39,671 bases of DNA from Rotaria socialis (Eukaryota). The stretch covers positions 1-39,671 of the forward strand of contig CAJNYD010000422.1 of the NCBI GenBank assembly GCA_905331295.1, written 5' to 3'. The stretch's first letter is position 1. Each line of letters begins with the position of its first letter. The position numbers and the translations under genes are program-made. The notes under the pieces were generated by a model. It ran no database searches and was not told the origin of the DNA. It was given only the letters and a program-made list of their open reading frames with translations. This document shows positions 37,801 through 39,671 of this stretch, one piece after another.

Positions 37801-38134
37801 CCCATGTAATAAAAACCGCATGAAAATCGGCGGTTTACCACAAAAAATGAACTGGCATTTACCGCGGTAAACCGTCGGTTTTGATTAATACCGCGGTTAC
37901 CGCTAAAAAAAGCGGTTAACCGGTTCATCTATAATTTTTGACAGAAAAAGTCTTCCGAATCATCAATTAAACTATTTTAAAGATCCTTTTTTTTTACTTT
38001 TACATGTGATAAACATGCGCGAAAAACCGCCGGTTTACCGCGGTTTTACCGGTCCGGTTACCGGCTCCCATTACCGCAGAACGGATAAATACTGCGGTTT
38101 ACCGCAAAAATTGACCCGGTATTCGCAACATGGG
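37801..38134. mobile_element. CMC-like MITE, CCCATGT...ACATGGG
   Basis: TA flanks on both sides, a short TIR, and dense ACCGCGGT/TTACCG subterminal repeats at both ends. Confidence 0.85.
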
Positions 38135-38430
38135 TATCACCTATCGAGACAAGATTGCTATTACACTGATTTGGACTTCAACAGATTTTCAGAAAACAAA
38201 TTAAAAAATGATTTGTATAGCGTTTTGACTCGCGAGATAGATGCCAGATTCTGTTTTTTTCTTCATTTTTTTATTGGCACAATTCAGAGCTACACTTTCA
38301 ACATTGGATTTAATTCAAGAACTGAACTTGGTCAAGCTATCGATCAAGACCACTTAATAACGAAGAAATTATTGACAGAACAAATAAAACCTGCCACTAG
38401 AAAAATTGAAATTTTGTACTTCATTCAGTA

Positions 38431-39393
38431 CCCATGTGTTTCATTACGATGAAACTGTGGTGCAGTTACGCCGTAACTGCGATCGCACTGTGACCCGTAA
38501 TTGCGGAAAATTACGACGTAGGTACGCGTAACTACGATGAAAAGATCGCAGTTACGCGTAGTTACGGTGAAAAAATCACAGTTACGCATAATTGCGTCAG
38601 TTTTTTGCGATTATAGGTCATAGTGGCATCGCAATTGGTACAAAAGATAACATAGATTATGTTTTCATTTTATTATTTTTATTGTTTAAAAAATCTTTTG
38701 CGTACAAAATAAAAAATTTAACACTGTAAAATTAAAATTTTTATAAAAAATAAAAGAACAATTTTTACACTACAAGTTGTCACAATAAAAATAATTGAAA
38801 AATTAAAACTTAAAAAAATTTCAAAATCTACTAAATTAAAAGTTAAAAAATATTGTTATTTTAAAACTTAAGGAAAATAAAAAATAAATATTCAGAAAAA
38901 TAAAAAAATTAACATCTAAAAACATTTTTAATAATTTAATATATAACAGAAAAAAAAATTAGATAGAAAAATTTGAAATGATTTAATATAAAAGAAAAAA
39001 ATTAATTAAAAAAAAATTGAACTGAAAACATTTTAATCTAGAAATTTTTAAAACAAATAAAAAATATGCATTCTACTGCTTATAGTAGAATGACTTATGA
39101 ACGAAAATGTGACGAACACTGCCATTAGTACTGTTTTTTTGTGACTAAGTTTTATTATTCGAATGTAGCCAATTGCAAATAAGGAGGAATAAGTTATAAT
39201 TGGTCATTTATAACTACAACGGATCGTAGGATGCGATCACTAGGACGCAGTTACGTTGATCTGTGCCCCAGTAAGCGTAGTTTCTTATAGAAATCTTCGC
39301 TGCGATCAATGCGCCATAGTTACTCGTAACTCCGACGCAGAATTGGCTCTGCGCGTAACTGCGACACAGTTGATAAAAAAGCGGTGACATGGG
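38431..39393. mobile_element. CMC-like non-autonomous element, CCCATGT...ACATGGG, with an A-rich core
   Basis: TA flanks, GCAGTTACG/CGTAACTGC subterminal repeats at both ends, and an extremely A/T-rich centre at ~38650-39065. Confidence 0.85.
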
Positions 39394-39559
39394 TATGTAT
39401 ATACTGATTTAATTTCAGTTGAACGCAATATGATCATTTGTTTATTTTGAATCTTTGATTTAATCGTTGGAAAACAGCAGAAAATAAAAAAAATATTCGA
39501 AATAAATTTTATAGAATTCAATCTACATATCAGTGATGTTCATAGGGCAGGTTTTATTA

Positions 39560-39671
39560 CACACTAAGTAAAAATGTGTCGGATGTGTCGTAAACTACGA
39601 CACAAAGCACGACACATTCGAGTACGACATGAGGTGCTCGTTGCGACACATTCTGCCCAGCAAGACCACGA
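39560..39671. mobile_element. Left terminus of a CACTA-like element (runs off the window)
   Basis: TA|CACACTAAGTAAAAA followed by repeated GTGTCG/CGACAC motifs. Confidence 0.55.

Noticed and set aside
38006..38452. 148-aa ORF
   Set aside because: It starts inside a MITE, ends in another, and has no recognisable domain.

Overview
This is AT-rich eukaryotic DNA with many ~50-60 bp GT-AG introns. It is most consistent with a bdelloid rotifer; that is an inference from gene families, intron sizes and TGTGGG-like motifs. Genes I can reconstruct: (1) an 11-exon divergent adenosine kinase (6210-8600, minus); (2) an intronless B-box-like/coiled-coil/beta-propeller protein (9615-11066, minus); (3) a bacterial-type caspase-family (peptidase C14) exon with an intact His-Cys dyad (14899-15616, plus); (4) an intronless plant-type Golgi methyltransferase (Methyltransf_29-like) split by a 1-nt frameshift (30927-32089, minus); (5) a uromodulin/OIT3 D8C-domain gene disrupted by a hAT-like MITE inside an exon; (6) a GPCR pseudogene; (7) a small secreted Cys-rich ORF. 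The remainder is dense with non-autonomous DNA transposons (hAT-like, Tc1-like, CACTA/CMC-like), a CACTA-type transposase relic, two tRNA-derived repeat copies and assembly gaps. The best candidates for novelty are the two apparently foreign genes (plant-like methyltransferase, bacterial-like caspase) and the altered adenosine kinase motifs. I did not find a coherent multi-gene novel system.
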